DNA of 64,000 nucleotides. Origin: Chrysomallon squamiferum (Eukaryota > Animalia > Mollusca). A program made the translations under genes and the position numbers. Below the pieces are notes generated by a model. That model worked only from the letters and a program-made list of their open reading frames with translations. It ran no database searches and was not told where the DNA came from. The stretch lies in the NCBI GenBank assembly GCA_012295275.1, contig CM022667.1, forward strand, positions 18,414,001-18,478,000, in the 5' to 3' direction. Positions 1 to 13,400 of this stretch are shown piece by piece (positions within the stretch are counted from its first letter, which is position 1; each line of letters starts with the position of its first letter).

Positions 1-697
1 ATAGTTTTGATCAAACAGTAACACATTAAAACTACTTCTGACCTACCATCCTGGTACTGTTTTAATCAAACAGTAACACATCAAAACTAAGTAGACCTAC
101 CTCTCTAGTACTGTTTCAATCATACAGAAACACAAGAGAACTAAGTCTGACCTACGACTCTAGTATAGTTTTGATCAAACAGTAACACATTAAAACTACT
201 TCTGACCTACCATCCTGGTACTGTTTTAATCAAACAGTAACACATCAAAACTATGTCTGACCTACCATCCTTGTACTGTTTTAATCATACAGTAACCGAA
301 CTAAGTCTGACCTACCCCCTCTCTGTTTTAATGATACAGAAACACAACAAAACTAAGTCTGACCTACCACCCTAGTACTACTTTAATCATACAGAAACAC
401 AACAAAACTAATTTTGCAATGACATACCATCCTAGTACTTCTTTAATCATACAGTAACACATCAAAACCAAGTCTGACATACCATCCTAGTACTTCTTTA
501 ATCATACAGTAACACATCAAAACCAAGTCTGACATACCATCCTAGTACTTCTTTAATCATACAGTAACACATCAAAACCAAGTCTGACATACCATCCTAG
601 TACTTCTTTAATCGTATAGTAACACAAAACAAGTAAGTGTGACATACCACCCTAGTAGTTTTAATCATACAGAAGCACAAGAAAACAAAGTCTGACT
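1..697. repeat. Minisatellite, ~55-bp unit (CCTAGTACTTCTTTAATCATACAGTAACACATCAAAACCAAGTCTGACATACCAT), ~12 copies, open at window start
   Basis: Identical units start at 486, 541 and 596; more diverged units upstream; 1-89 recurs at ~165 (about 3 units). Confidence 0.95.
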
Positions 698-1980
698 AAC
701 CCCTTAACTGCTGACATGATCACAACAGCAATGAAGGAATCCCACCCTTTTTTACCCAGCTCATTAAAGGCAACTTGTTTCTACTGAACAGTTCTTCAGT
801 GTTAACAAAAAGTCAGAAGAACTTAATCTAAATTTATGAATTTTATCCTTAATCTGTTTGCAATAAGCAAATCACTTGAACCAGAGTGATGAAGACTGTC
901 TTAATAATTCTTAATAGAAAAACATATTCAAAACTTGATGACATTACATTTCTCCTACATAGAATTGCCAGAGTTCAGTGTGCAAGAAGGACATAATTTA
1001 CTTTTCAATGATTTTGTGTGTGCTGAAGATAAGTATAGCAGTGTGGACATCATCAACTCTCCCAAGAGCATCTCTTGTAGGGCATCAAACTGTGAAAATC
1101 AGAATTTTTTATCTAATTCTGCAACACATTTAAGATAGAAGGACTTTATCTCTGGAGGATGGGGTCCAACATCATTACTGTAAGTTAGTTGATTATCGTT
1201 AAGAAAGTTATTATCAAAGTCAGTTTTAGCTGAGTAGTTTTTAATTTGTTCTTAATACTGGTCATGAGCTTGCCACATTATTACATATTCAGTTTTATCT
1301 CTGTCTCTTGAGATCTGAATTAAATTAGTTCACTGGTGATTTACATGCTCCTATAGGTCTCCTCTGTTGCCTTTCTTTTAAAAATAAAACTAGTACATTC
1401 ATTCACTATTTAAGTTATTAATCTCTGTCAGAACAATTATTCTGTTAATTTATGATCATAAAAAACACACAAAAAAAACACATGGTTAATGTAATTCTGA
1501 TATAAGCATAAGAAACACAATTATAATTAATTAAGTTGCACATTTGAATGTATATTTAACATTTGAGTGTATATATCTTAATATATTTTTGTTAATTATT
1601 TTATTTGCTGCTTGGTTCATTTATTTTTTTTTCTTCTAATTTTTCTATTTATCTGTTTATTCATTTTTTTTTTTTTTTTTTTTTTATTGTTCTCTTTTTA
1701 AATAGCAGTAAATTTATTTTACTGATTTCCACTGTTTTTATTTGGCTACTACTCTCTGAAGTAATTACTATTTATGATTATATTAAAACTATAAAATACA
1801 GACATGTTCACTGCTAATAAAGCTTCAAGTCATGCATGTCACAATTTGTAGAAATTATCACTATGCTAATTAGTCCGTGCAATGATGCAAAGTGACAATT
1901 CTGACAGAAAGAAACCATCTTAAAGTGTCTTGTCAAATGCCTAGTGCTGTGCCAGAAACTTACTTGTATTAATTGGAAAT

Positions 1981-1982
<2 letters not shown>

Positions 1983-2034
<52 letters not shown>
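1983..2034. repeat. (TA)n microsatellite
   Basis: Direct reading. Confidence 0.95.
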
Positions 2035-2038
<4 letters not shown>

Positions 2039-2261
2039 GATGCTTAAAGGAAATCAATTTGTATTAACACTTTCACTGTCTTGTATTACTTTTATTGTGT
2101 TGCAGCTATGAGATGATTGGTACCTAATACAGTTTTTGAGTAACATGTGTTGTAACTCATTTCTTAGTAATCAACCTAGGTTTAGGTAGTTCTGACATTT
2201 CACTGATACCAATACTGTATAATTAATACTGCAAATATTAACAGCTGTTAAACAGCCCTTG

Positions 2262-2265
<4 letters not shown>

Positions 2266-2329
<64 letters not shown>
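2266..2329. repeat. (CT)n microsatellite
   Basis: Direct reading; explains the spurious ERER ORF 2171-2401. Confidence 0.95.
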
Positions 2330-2334
<5 letters not shown>

Positions 2335-3805
2335 CACCTTTTTTATGTATATGTGTGTCTTCATGTTTTGTATGAGAGGAGTAAGGTGTAAGAGAAGCCA
2401 TTATTTAAAAAAATATACAGTTCATCAAAGTGCATTGTCATTATGCTTTTACTGTTTTACTTTCATATAAATGTTATTTATTGCTTATTTTGTTAATTAG
2501 TTGATCTCAGATATTTACTGCCTCATTTTTTTTTTATCATTTTTCTACAAATATTGCCCAGATCTGGTTTCAGTGTTCTGAGTGTTTGTAGTCTGGTTCT
2601 GTAATCAACATGGTGATTTAACATTTCCTGGTTTACCATTTTCCTAAAGCAACAATTTCATTTCCATCTATTTCTGACTAACCTGATTTATTTGTTTCTA
2701 TGAATCAGAGGGACAACCCTTTGACTCAAAATTCAAAACTGCAACAGGTTATTATAACATGCATGAACTGATGTTCCTCTTTCAAAATACAACCTGTCAA
2801 CAAATATTCCAAAGAGAAAATGAGTCACATATCCACTCTTTCTCCTCTCTGATAACTATGCAAAATGTTTATTTGTTCAATGTAAGAATCCCTTAAAAGC
2901 CAACAGTTTAATGAATTGTATTACATTCTCTGATTACTTATCCAAAGAGGACATACAGACATATTAAACATGTTTTCATAAGATGAATGAACAACTAATA
3001 GCATCAACCAAAAATAATATCGTGGGTTTAAAGATTTTTTTAAAACATGTCTTGAATCCTCAAAATGAAGTAAACAATCCTTCTTTAAACACTATTTGTA
3101 CTTTAAATATTATCTTAATAAAACAAACATATACACAAAGAATTTTGGGGATATATGTTTGTATATTCAAAATATTAAATACAAAATTTGTAATAAAAGA
3201 AACATTAACAACAGTGTCAGTTTAAACAAACCTTGAATAAGCCCAGAAATACTCTTCACTTAAAAATGCCATATTTATTTTCTTCCCCAATATATCAATA
3301 GTGAGATAAACTTAATTATATCAAACTGCAAATATCCCCACTTGACAATTAGTAAAACCACAGCAACTTGACTGACAGATCATGGCCTTCAACCTTTCCC
3401 CTGGGGTTTTTCTCTCTGGTCCACAACCAAGTGAATCTGCATAAGCTTTTCTTTTATTCTCCATCTTTGCTGCCTGAATGGCTGTTCTTGCAGGCAGGGC
3501 AATTCTTATACAACAGCGAATCAAATGCATGCCTGGCATCCTGTATACTGGCAGTACACCAATCAATATCATATTAAAACCTTCTGTTGTACACTGCAAG
3601 TCCTGCTCACTGCCTGCTGAGATAGAGTAAATTTTGTACCATAGTGGATCTCTAATTAAGCAGGTATGTTTAATATTAATTATTTCAATTAGAACTTTTG
3701 CACAAACAAAAACAAAAATTAAATTAAAATGCACAAGTGTGTGTGTTAAGATTTTGTAAAATAATAATTTATATGAACTGGAATTCCTGATTTAAAGATA
3801 ATTAA

Positions 3806-3806
<1 letters not shown>

Positions 3807-3889
<83 letters not shown>
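3807..3889. repeat. Compound (TA)n(GA)n microsatellite
   Basis: Direct reading. Confidence 0.95.
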
Positions 3890-3892
<3 letters not shown>

Positions 3893-4487
3893 ATATAAAA
3901 ACATAGCTATTTTAATACAGGTCATCTGTGCTACTATCACTGGTATTAGATGGTTGTTATTTATTTTTTAGTTAATTTAAGATTCGATTTAATTACTCAA
4001 ACTTCATAAAAATAAAAAGCAATGACTGTTTTATTGTCTACTTAAAAAAAAACATAAACAGAAAATATAAATAAAAATAAAACTATTCCGATCTTTTTAA
4101 AATATTTTATCTATGTCATTACTGTTTTAAAAAAATGTTAATGAAAAACTCATCAATATTAAATATTAAATAACATGCATTAACATTAACATATACACAC
4201 AGGCTAATAACAGAAAAGTTTTTTTTTTCATTTGAAAATCTTTTTTCTTCATGTTTTTTCATTTACCTAATTATTTTTTTTTTAGTTATTTCACCACTGA
4301 AAACAATATTTTTTAGATCATTATTGCATTTCATTTACTGTATTTTTATTGTTCATCAATCATACTGTAGCTGTTTCTGTTGAGATTCTTGCTTACTTTT
4401 CTGCCCAAAACATTAGCTATGGAATTATGCCAACCAGACATTATTTTCTGGTCAAGGTCAGAAGTATTTATCATTTTTAGGGAAGCT

Positions 4488-5012
4488 ACACATAAGACAT
4501 ATTTATCTAGATATTTTCAGCTAAGATACACACAAAATACCTTTTCAGTGAAGGTACACGTAAGACATATTTATCTACACATGTTTTGCTACATTACACA
4601 TGAGATACATTTATCTAGACATTTTCAATGATAGTGCACATGAGATATATTTATCTAGACATTTTCAGCAAAGGTACACTTGAAATACATTTGGCTACAC
4701 ATTTTCAAAATAATGAACATGAGATATATTTATAGAGACAATTTCATTGAAGATACACTTGAGACACATATCTCTAGTCATTTTCAGTGGATAAACAAGA
4801 TATATTTATCTAGACATTTTTTGTGATGGTGCACATGAGATACATTTATCTAGACATTTTCTGTGATGGTGCACATGAGATACATTTATCTAGACATTTT
4901 CTGTGATGGTGCACATGAGATATTTATCTAGACATTTTCAGTGATGGTGCACATGAGATACATTTATCTAGACATTTTCTGTGATGGTGCACATGAGATA
5001 CAAATCTAGACA
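4488..5012. repeat. Minisatellite, ~40-bp unit (CATGAGATACATTTATCTAGACATTTTCTGTGATGGTGCA), ~13 copies
   Basis: Near-perfect units at 4830-5000, degenerate units to the left. Confidence 0.93.
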
Positions 5013-7101
5013 AATTCAACATCAGCCTTAATTAAAAACATTCCCTTTTCTCAGATATATAAACTGTTTGGTGTCAAAATGTCATTATATATTTAAATCA
5101 GTTTTATTGTTTAAAAAATAACAGAAACAATTACTAGTTACAGGGTAACAAAAGATATTTTAAAAAATGCTTATATATTGTTAAAAAATAATAAACAAAA
5201 TGATTAAAAACTCCATTTTTATGAAAGAATGACTGAATTTTGTCAGTGATTTTTAAACTTTCATAAATTGTTAGAAAAGAAGCTAAACATTTAAAATTAT
5301 TGTTATATAATTCAGAATTCAGTTAATGATATTTTTCTCTTCTTTTACAAATTGTTAGACAACAACAGAAACAATTAAAAACAACAACAAAAATATTATC
5401 ATTGTTAATGTAAAGATTAATGCAGAATTTAGAAACTGGCATTAATCTTACTAACAAAAGCACACAATAAATATTACATAAACCAAAACTGAGTCATTGA
5501 TTTTAAATTTATTTGCCAAATCCCACACAATTAGTCTTATTACTGTTATGGTAATCTACTGAATATTAATTGAAAACAGAAACTATTAAAAGCATCATTA
5601 TGAAATAATAGAGGTTTCAGTAACTGATTTTAAACAATTAGTATAGTAATTGTTATTTCAATCCATTGATCATTAATATTAAACTTTTACAAAATTATCA
5701 GAAAACAACAGAAGCAAATAAAAGGATCATTGTTATGAAATACAGAATTCAACAATTAATTTTTAAAAGTAACTACTGAAATACATACATAAACAATTAC
5801 ACTGATTTAAACATAACAGTTGCTATTACACAGAAACTTCATTATGAAAAAAAATGAATGCAATTGTTTTGTGATTGATGAAAACTGATGGTCTTGGGTA
5901 ACAGGATAATTATTATTCCAAGACTGGAAAGTTTTCATGGTATCAATTTAGTCACTGTTCAGTGATTAATTACTTTTCCTGACCCAGCATCAAGGCATTA
6001 TTATTTTAATTATTGCTGAATTAATCCTGAAAATATACTTTCATGAATTACATAAAAAAAAAAAAAAAAAAAAAATTATTATTATTATTTTTTTAGCAGC
6101 CTTTATTCATATTCACAGACTTGAATAATATTTGTCTTTCTTTTTTGATTTTTTTTTAAATGTATTTTATTTACTGAAGGTAAAAAGAGAGAGTAACCCT
6201 GAAAGAGACTGATGCTCAATTTATCTTTCACAAAATATTTGAAATAAAATACTAACCCATAAGTAACAGTAATACATCAAAATACAGATACTAATTAAAG
6301 ATAAATTAGCAAAATTTTTATTTAAAATTTATTAGGATTAAAAGAGAATTGAAGTGCATTTTAGATGGAAAATGACAGAATATTAGAATGTTTGAAATAT
6401 ATAATACTTGGAAATATTAATAAAGTATTATATAAATGTATTTGAATAGATAACTGTATAGCCATATTAAATTTTGTATCAATCCTATATTTACAATGCA
6501 TAGATGGCAGAGGCATTTATGATTTACATTAAAATAGTCAACATATAAGTATTTACTGAGAAATTGAGATGTGTGGATGGTTTACATTAAACTGGTCATC
6601 ATATATGTATTTACTGTATACTAGACAGAGACACTGAAATGTATTGATGAACTATATATTAATCTGGTCAAATTATCTGCATATGCTACATTGGCTTGGA
6701 ACAAATGTTAATAGAATTTTTCAAAAAGGTGGCATTTGAGCATTGAATTTCATTTCACACATGATTGAAATATATGACACTGAAATGCTGCATATGTGGT
6801 TGAATAAGCCTATTATACAAATATATAAATGTTTTGTTTAAATTTCACTTCTGAAAACAATAATGAACTTTTGCTCCAACCTAATAGATAGATGGCAGAA
6901 CATCTTGGAAAATATGTACGTATTCTCACAGCTAATAAATCATTAATATGTCCAATCCTTCTTCAGCTGTGTAAAACCACCACAAACATCTGCATATAAT
7001 TAACAGTAAATTTTGGCTATTTGTAGGACCAGTACTACCACTGCCAGCCATATCGTACACACAATTATTCATGTTACCTAATTAATCACCTGTATATGTT
7101 G

Positions 7102-7136
<35 letters not shown>

Positions 7137-7611
7137 CTGATGCATTTGCTGTGTATTTAGGAATTCACATGTGTATCCTAGAATGGCATTTTTTCATTTA
7201 ACAAGAAGAACACCATAGATACTCTATCTTCTCATCTTCATGTATGCAAATAATGAAATATCTTTTGTAGTGCTATTTTTATTTTTCATTCTCTCACTTG
7301 ATCTAAAGGTCATTTACAATCATTAAATTGACTTTTAAAATAACAAAGTTTTCAATTATGGACACTTTAAATGGATCATAAATAAAAACTGAAAGCTTTG
7401 CCATGCTCTTTTTCTGTACAGAAGAAAAAGCATTGTTCAGTATATTAAAAAACATATAATGAGACAAATAATTTACAATTACTTATAAAACAAATTATAT
7501 TTCAAATGACAGCTTAATAAATTAAGCCAACCAAAACCCATTTTTCATACTGTCTGTGTGTACATGCATTTCTATGTGTTTGTTCCTGTGTACATTTACA
7601 TAAGCATGCAT

Positions 7612-8160
7612 GTATTAGTCTGTGTGTTTGCGTATGTCAGCCTGTGTGTATTTGTGTATGTGATCATGTGTTTGTGTATGTCAGCCTGTGTTTTTGTGTA
7701 TGTCAGCCTATGTGTTTTTGTGTATGTCAGCCTGAGTGTTTGGATATGTCAGCCTGTGTGTGTTTGTGTATGTCAGCCTGTGTGTGTTTGTGTATGTCAG
7801 CCTGTTTGTGTTTGTGTATGTCTGCCTGTGTGCGTTTGTGTATGTCAGCCTGTGTGTTTGGATATGTCAGCCTGTGTGTGTTTGTTTATGTCAGTCTGTG
7901 TGTTTGTGTGTGTCAGCCTGTATGTGTGTGTGTGTATGTCAGCCTGTGTGTGTTTGGATATGTCAGCCTATGTGTGTTTGGATATGTCAGCCTGTGTGTG
8001 TTTGGATATGTCAGCCTGTGTGTGTTTGGATATGTCAGCCTATGTGTGTTTGGATATGTCAGCCTATGTGTGTTTGGATACGTCAGCCTGTGTGTGTTTG
8101 TGTGTGTCAGCCTGTGTTTTGCACATGTCAGCCTGTGTGTTTGTGTATGTCTGTCTGTGT
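7612..8160. repeat. Minisatellite, 22-24-bp unit (TATGTCAGCCTGTGTGTGTTTGGA/GTG) built on a GT microsatellite
   Basis: More than 20 tandem TGTCAGCC anchors; the unit is stop-free in several frames, giving the spurious ORFs at 7558-8200. Confidence 0.95.
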
Positions 8161-9348
8161 GTTGTTTAAAAGAATAAAACACATCAGTAACTCTAGTTAA
8201 ATAAAGTAATACAGAAAGAGAACCAATAACTTCTAGTATTATAAAATTATGTGTGTTTTTCTGCTTTTATTATATTAAAGTTGTTAAATTCAAATTAAAA
8301 AAGAAAAAAAAAGAATAAATCTTCTTTACCAGCTTTTAAAATAACTAGTTATTTTTTTTTTCTTCTGTACTAAATGTAAAGGTGTTTAAAACATCAGCAT
8401 CATGGTGATATCTTCCCATACTGTTTTCCTAGTGACGTCTACATGTAGTTTTCCAAGTCAGTATATTTGTTAGAGAATGAAAGTACTTTGTCATAATGAT
8501 TGTGTGAATAGCTTGATATATATATATATATATATATATATGTTTCTAACTGAATAATTGCATGTGTGTCTGTTTGTGTGTGTGTGTGTGTGTGTGTGGA
8601 GACACATATACATGAGGGGTCTGTACATACAATTATCAGTTATCTGTAAACGACATTATAAAGATGATTACAGAGTGAAATGTTAACAAGTTAATCATCA
8701 AATTAAATGTTTTGTGTGGACTGTGATATTTTCCATGAAACTGTCACAGAGTGAGGTCTGCTGCCATTAAGCATCCCTAGTGTGTGTTATTTCATATTTA
8801 AACATATCACTGCTATTGCAAAATTATGTTTTGATACTATGTCTTAGTAAACCACTTAACATTGATAACATAATGTAATATCAGAGTGTATTTATTATTG
8901 GATAACATGCAATTAAAGGCAAAAATATTTTTCATTATTTTGAAGATTTTATTTCTTATTTTTATTTATACAAGTAAATATTTAGTGTATAGGATGAAAG
9001 AAAAAACCCCAACAATAAACAATACAAATATTTCAGATGCCCAATCTCCACAATATACCCCAAAAACATTTCTTATTATTTATTGATTTATGTATTTATT
9101 TATTATCATTTTTATTTAATATTTTAGCATTAGACTTCTACTTTTCAAACATCAATATCAAACATTGAAAATGTACTTTTAGACTTTTCTGTATGCAGTA
9201 AAACACATTTATAACAATAAACAACATGTTTCATATGATTTACTTGCAACCTCTGAAAAAAGTAAACATAGAACTAATGATTTCTATCTCACACACATAC
9301 ACACTTACCTTCTGCCAGCTATACAAAGAAAAATAATACCTTATTTTG

Positions 9349-9468
<120 letters not shown>

Positions 9469-10403
9469 TCATTTTAGCAGCTGGCTGTATTTTTACATCT
9501 CATTTTACCCAACATCTAATACATTTTAGTCTACTTTACAACAAGAAGTTCTATTTGTTTAGGCTAGCAGAAAATGACTATCAACAAATTTAATCAAATA
9601 ACATCATGACTGATCTAACATTATCTTTAATTTAAAACAGTGGATGTATTGCAGCCAAAATAAGCATGTGGCCATTGTCATAGAAAAAAACCATGTTAAG
9701 AGATTTTGTGGTTTCTGCACGCACACACACGAACACACACATTTAATTAATACTATTATTTTCACTTAAAGATAACAAACACTATATAACTGCTGATATG
9801 ATTAACAGGATTATGCTACAGCTCATTATGATTATTACCATTAATAAGCAGCCATCACAAATGTTAAAAAACTGGATAAGCTGCAGTTCATTATCACTGT
9901 TGCCACTAACTAGAGAGACTGCAACTTATTTACATTTTTGCCATTAAGAAAAAAACAATTTTATATATAATTAGAAATATACAATTTGTACATTTACTGA
10001 AAAAAATCACTAACATCAAGTTGTTTATACAGGTGTTGAATCTGACTACACTTATTTCACAGTAACAAAATTTGAGTTTATAATATAAAATTTCTTTTTA
10101 TACAATTATGTAATACACAAAAATTATATTAATTTATAAACAAATTCAATGGAGCAAAAATAACTGCTATTTATCAATCATGCAGCGATGTTAAAGACTA
10201 GTGAGTATTTTGAATAGATGTCAGTTTTGGATGCACCATATGGTGAACCTCAGATTCAGTAATTCCATTACTGAAAACTGAACTCTCATACAAACATAAT
10301 ATAAAATAAAAATAAGACCAGTAATATATATAATCATGACAAACAAACATTTTTTTGTAATAGTCCACAATGACTAATAATTATATAAATTAATTTGAAT
10401 CAC

Positions 10404-10434
<31 letters not shown>

Positions 10435-13400
10435 CAAAATAATACTTTGTGTTTAATTTAAGGAATTATATAAATTAATAAAAATGACAAAACTAACACA
10501 GTCAGTGTCAGCCTTACACACAACATAATGTTAAGAAATAATATTCTCAGACTGAAACCATGGTAACTACTTCAAAGAAATTATCCAAAATCATTTTTTT
10601 AAACATCACATGTTGTACTGTCATTCTATTTAATGGATTTCTTTTTTTTTATTAATTTATTTCAATTTTAATTTTAATTTGATTTTGTAATTAGTAGTAT
10701 TGTTTTATTCTTCTTTTTTTAATTATTATTATTATTTATTTTTTTTCTGTTGTCTTCCAAATGTTCTATAGAGTAGGTTTTTTTTTTTTTTTCATTTTAC
10801 TTTCATTCAGTTTTTTTTTTTTGGGGGTTTCATTTTCATCAGAAAATAGTAATTAGTATCTGTTGTCTATTCTTTTTTTTAAATTTCAAGATCACTTACA
10901 GAAAGCATTTTCTTTTCTTCAACCAATGAAAGATATAAATAAAAAGCTAAATACGTCATGTAATTAGAAAACAAGCAATGCTGTGTGTTTTGCATCTCAA
11001 AACTTTCTTCTTGTGATTAGTCTGCAACATCAGAAAAAAAAAGTATCATTTCTTGTTTATATTTAGACAACATAAGCTTAGTCTGCCTTAACCTCCAGGG
11101 TAATCAGAATTTCTTTCTAGTCTGTTCATAATGTTTGAGTTCTTTAGATGTAGGTCAGATTCTTTTCCTTTTTGCCTCCTACACTGATACAAGTGGTGGT
11201 GAATAACAGTATTATTGTCTCCTGAAGGGAATAAATTTCAACAGTAATTTAATAATATGAAAACTTAGGGGTGTAATGTATTTATAAACAAAAATATATA
11301 GCTTTGCTGTAATAAAAAGTCAGTGGTCTCATTCCATCTATAAATGAAATGTAAGTGAAAGTTTTGCACCCATTTGTTACAGCTTGTTGATATTTTTGAG
11401 TCAGCAGTTTTGTAAAGATAACAGTGAAGTAAATACAGTATTAACAGTATGTACTGTCTGTTGAACACACATTCACATACACACATGCACACACACACAT
11501 AAAATGAGATAATAATAAAACAGAAACTTATTTTAATTTGACAAAATAACCACTTTGAAATGAAAAATCTAATTCAGAAACAATTCTACATTATTTCTTC
11601 TTTTTAAAATGAGAATATATCTAATAAAGAGAGAGAGTGAACATTGTTTTTTTTTTTAGAACCTAGACAAAAATGATCATTGGTCATAATCATATAAACA
11701 GTTCATCCCCAGACAACAAAAATATAGGATCATCAAACAATTTTACTATCTAGTTCAATTTTTTATTATTGTCTGTAGCTTTTCTATTACAAACATATTG
11801 CCACTTGTGATGTTCCTGTAATAATATTTTATCTTCATCATTTTATCATTGGAATCACAGACTTCCACCATAGTAAGAGTAAGAAGTCGGAATGCAATTT
11901 GCTATCAATCACTGGATAGCAGCAGTCAGTATGTAGCAAGCTGCATGTTAACAATACAGTTCACCACATATTTATGGAAAGAAGAGCTATAAAAGAAATG
12001 TTTATCACTAATTCAATGATCTCTCTACATCTGTTTCCACCACTGACCTATGTTCATTAGATTTCAAACAGAACAATGCTAACAGAAATATGCCTATGTT
12101 AGGGTTTTTTTAGAATAAAAGATAACTGATGATTTAAGAATAAAAGTAACTTTATATGGTTTTTCATAAATAAATTGCTAATTTTTAATAAAGGTAACTT
12201 CTGTGTTTCTAAAAAGAAAGTAATTAGTTTAGTATTTTTATTTTTATTTTCATTATTTTTTTAATAAAAATAATCAGAATGGTTAAAAAAGTAATAATAA
12301 TAATAATAATAAATTGTGATGTTGGCCTTTTCATTAAAGTCTATCTTTCTTCTTTTTTTTCTTTAATAGAAATAGAAACTGATTTTTTTATTAATACAAA
12401 CAAGAAATATGCAGTTCTGAACTGTTTGCTGTTATTTTTTAATGAAAATGTTTTATCTTCGAACAAAAACAATTTTTTTTTTTTAAATAAAGCTGCTTTT
12501 AATGTGTTTTTTTTTTTTTAATTAAACCTTTACTTGTTGGTATGAGACAAAAATAACTTACTGGACAGTTTTAAAATATATAAATTGTTTGATGGTAATT
12601 ATATTTAAAATTAATTTTTAAAACGTGAAATCTAAAAAAAAATATGATAAAATATAAAATAAAAAATCACTGAATGAACCAGTTTATCACAGAAATTGAG
12701 AAATTTAGTTATCATGGAAACATTTTTAAAACTAATTCTCTCTGTCACATACTGATATAATCTAATATCTATAATGATATACAGAATAAAAAAATAAGAA
12801 TAATAAATAAGAATAACAACACAAAATCTGGATCACTTTCTCATAGTAAATTATTTTCAGACGTCCTAACACTAAACAAGTGTTTTTTAAAACACAAATT
12901 ACATTTTAAAGGCATCTAAGGTTTTCTTACTTTTTTCTTTTTTGGTTACAACAATTGGCAAACTCTGACAAAGAGCAGATGGCTTTTGTAGAAAAGATGA
13001 TTAGAGAAAGCAAAAAGCTGTAATTTTACTGTCCACATAGCAAACAAAGAGTAGTTCTTATTTTAGCAAGATAAATTAAAGTCAGTCAGTAACAGTTATT
13101 CAGTTTAAAGCATAACAACTTGTAAATGAAATTTTCAGTGGAGCTCCACCTGTATTGAAGTGTAACTTAATTAACATTTCACAGCCACTTTGTGCTCAGC
13201 CCACATTTCAATCCTTATTTTAAAACTTCTAGTGTTACCTATTACTAGTTTGAAAATCCTAACAGAACAGGAAAATTAGTGTTGTTAAAAATTATGCTAA
13301 TCTGTCGAAATACATAAAATGTTTCATCCTGAAATGATGTTTTTATTTTCAATGGAATTCAGGGAATTACAATTTTGAAAGTAACACTTTGTTCATTAAC

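Noticed and set aside
3321-3734. 137-aa minus ORF in a GC-richer patch, considered as a missing RELCH terminal exon
   Set aside because: No resemblance to the RELCH C-terminus or any recognised domain in the frames examined; possibly a decayed repeat or conserved non-coding element
4488-5012. Regularly spaced repeats resembling a CRISPR array (also 1-697)
   Set aside because: Head-to-tail tandem units with no unique spacers, no cas genes, eukaryotic context
7558-8200. Four overlapping Cys/Val-rich ORFs of 89-203 aa
   Set aside because: They are translations of a stop-free GT-rich minisatellite in several frames; no splice or codon evidence
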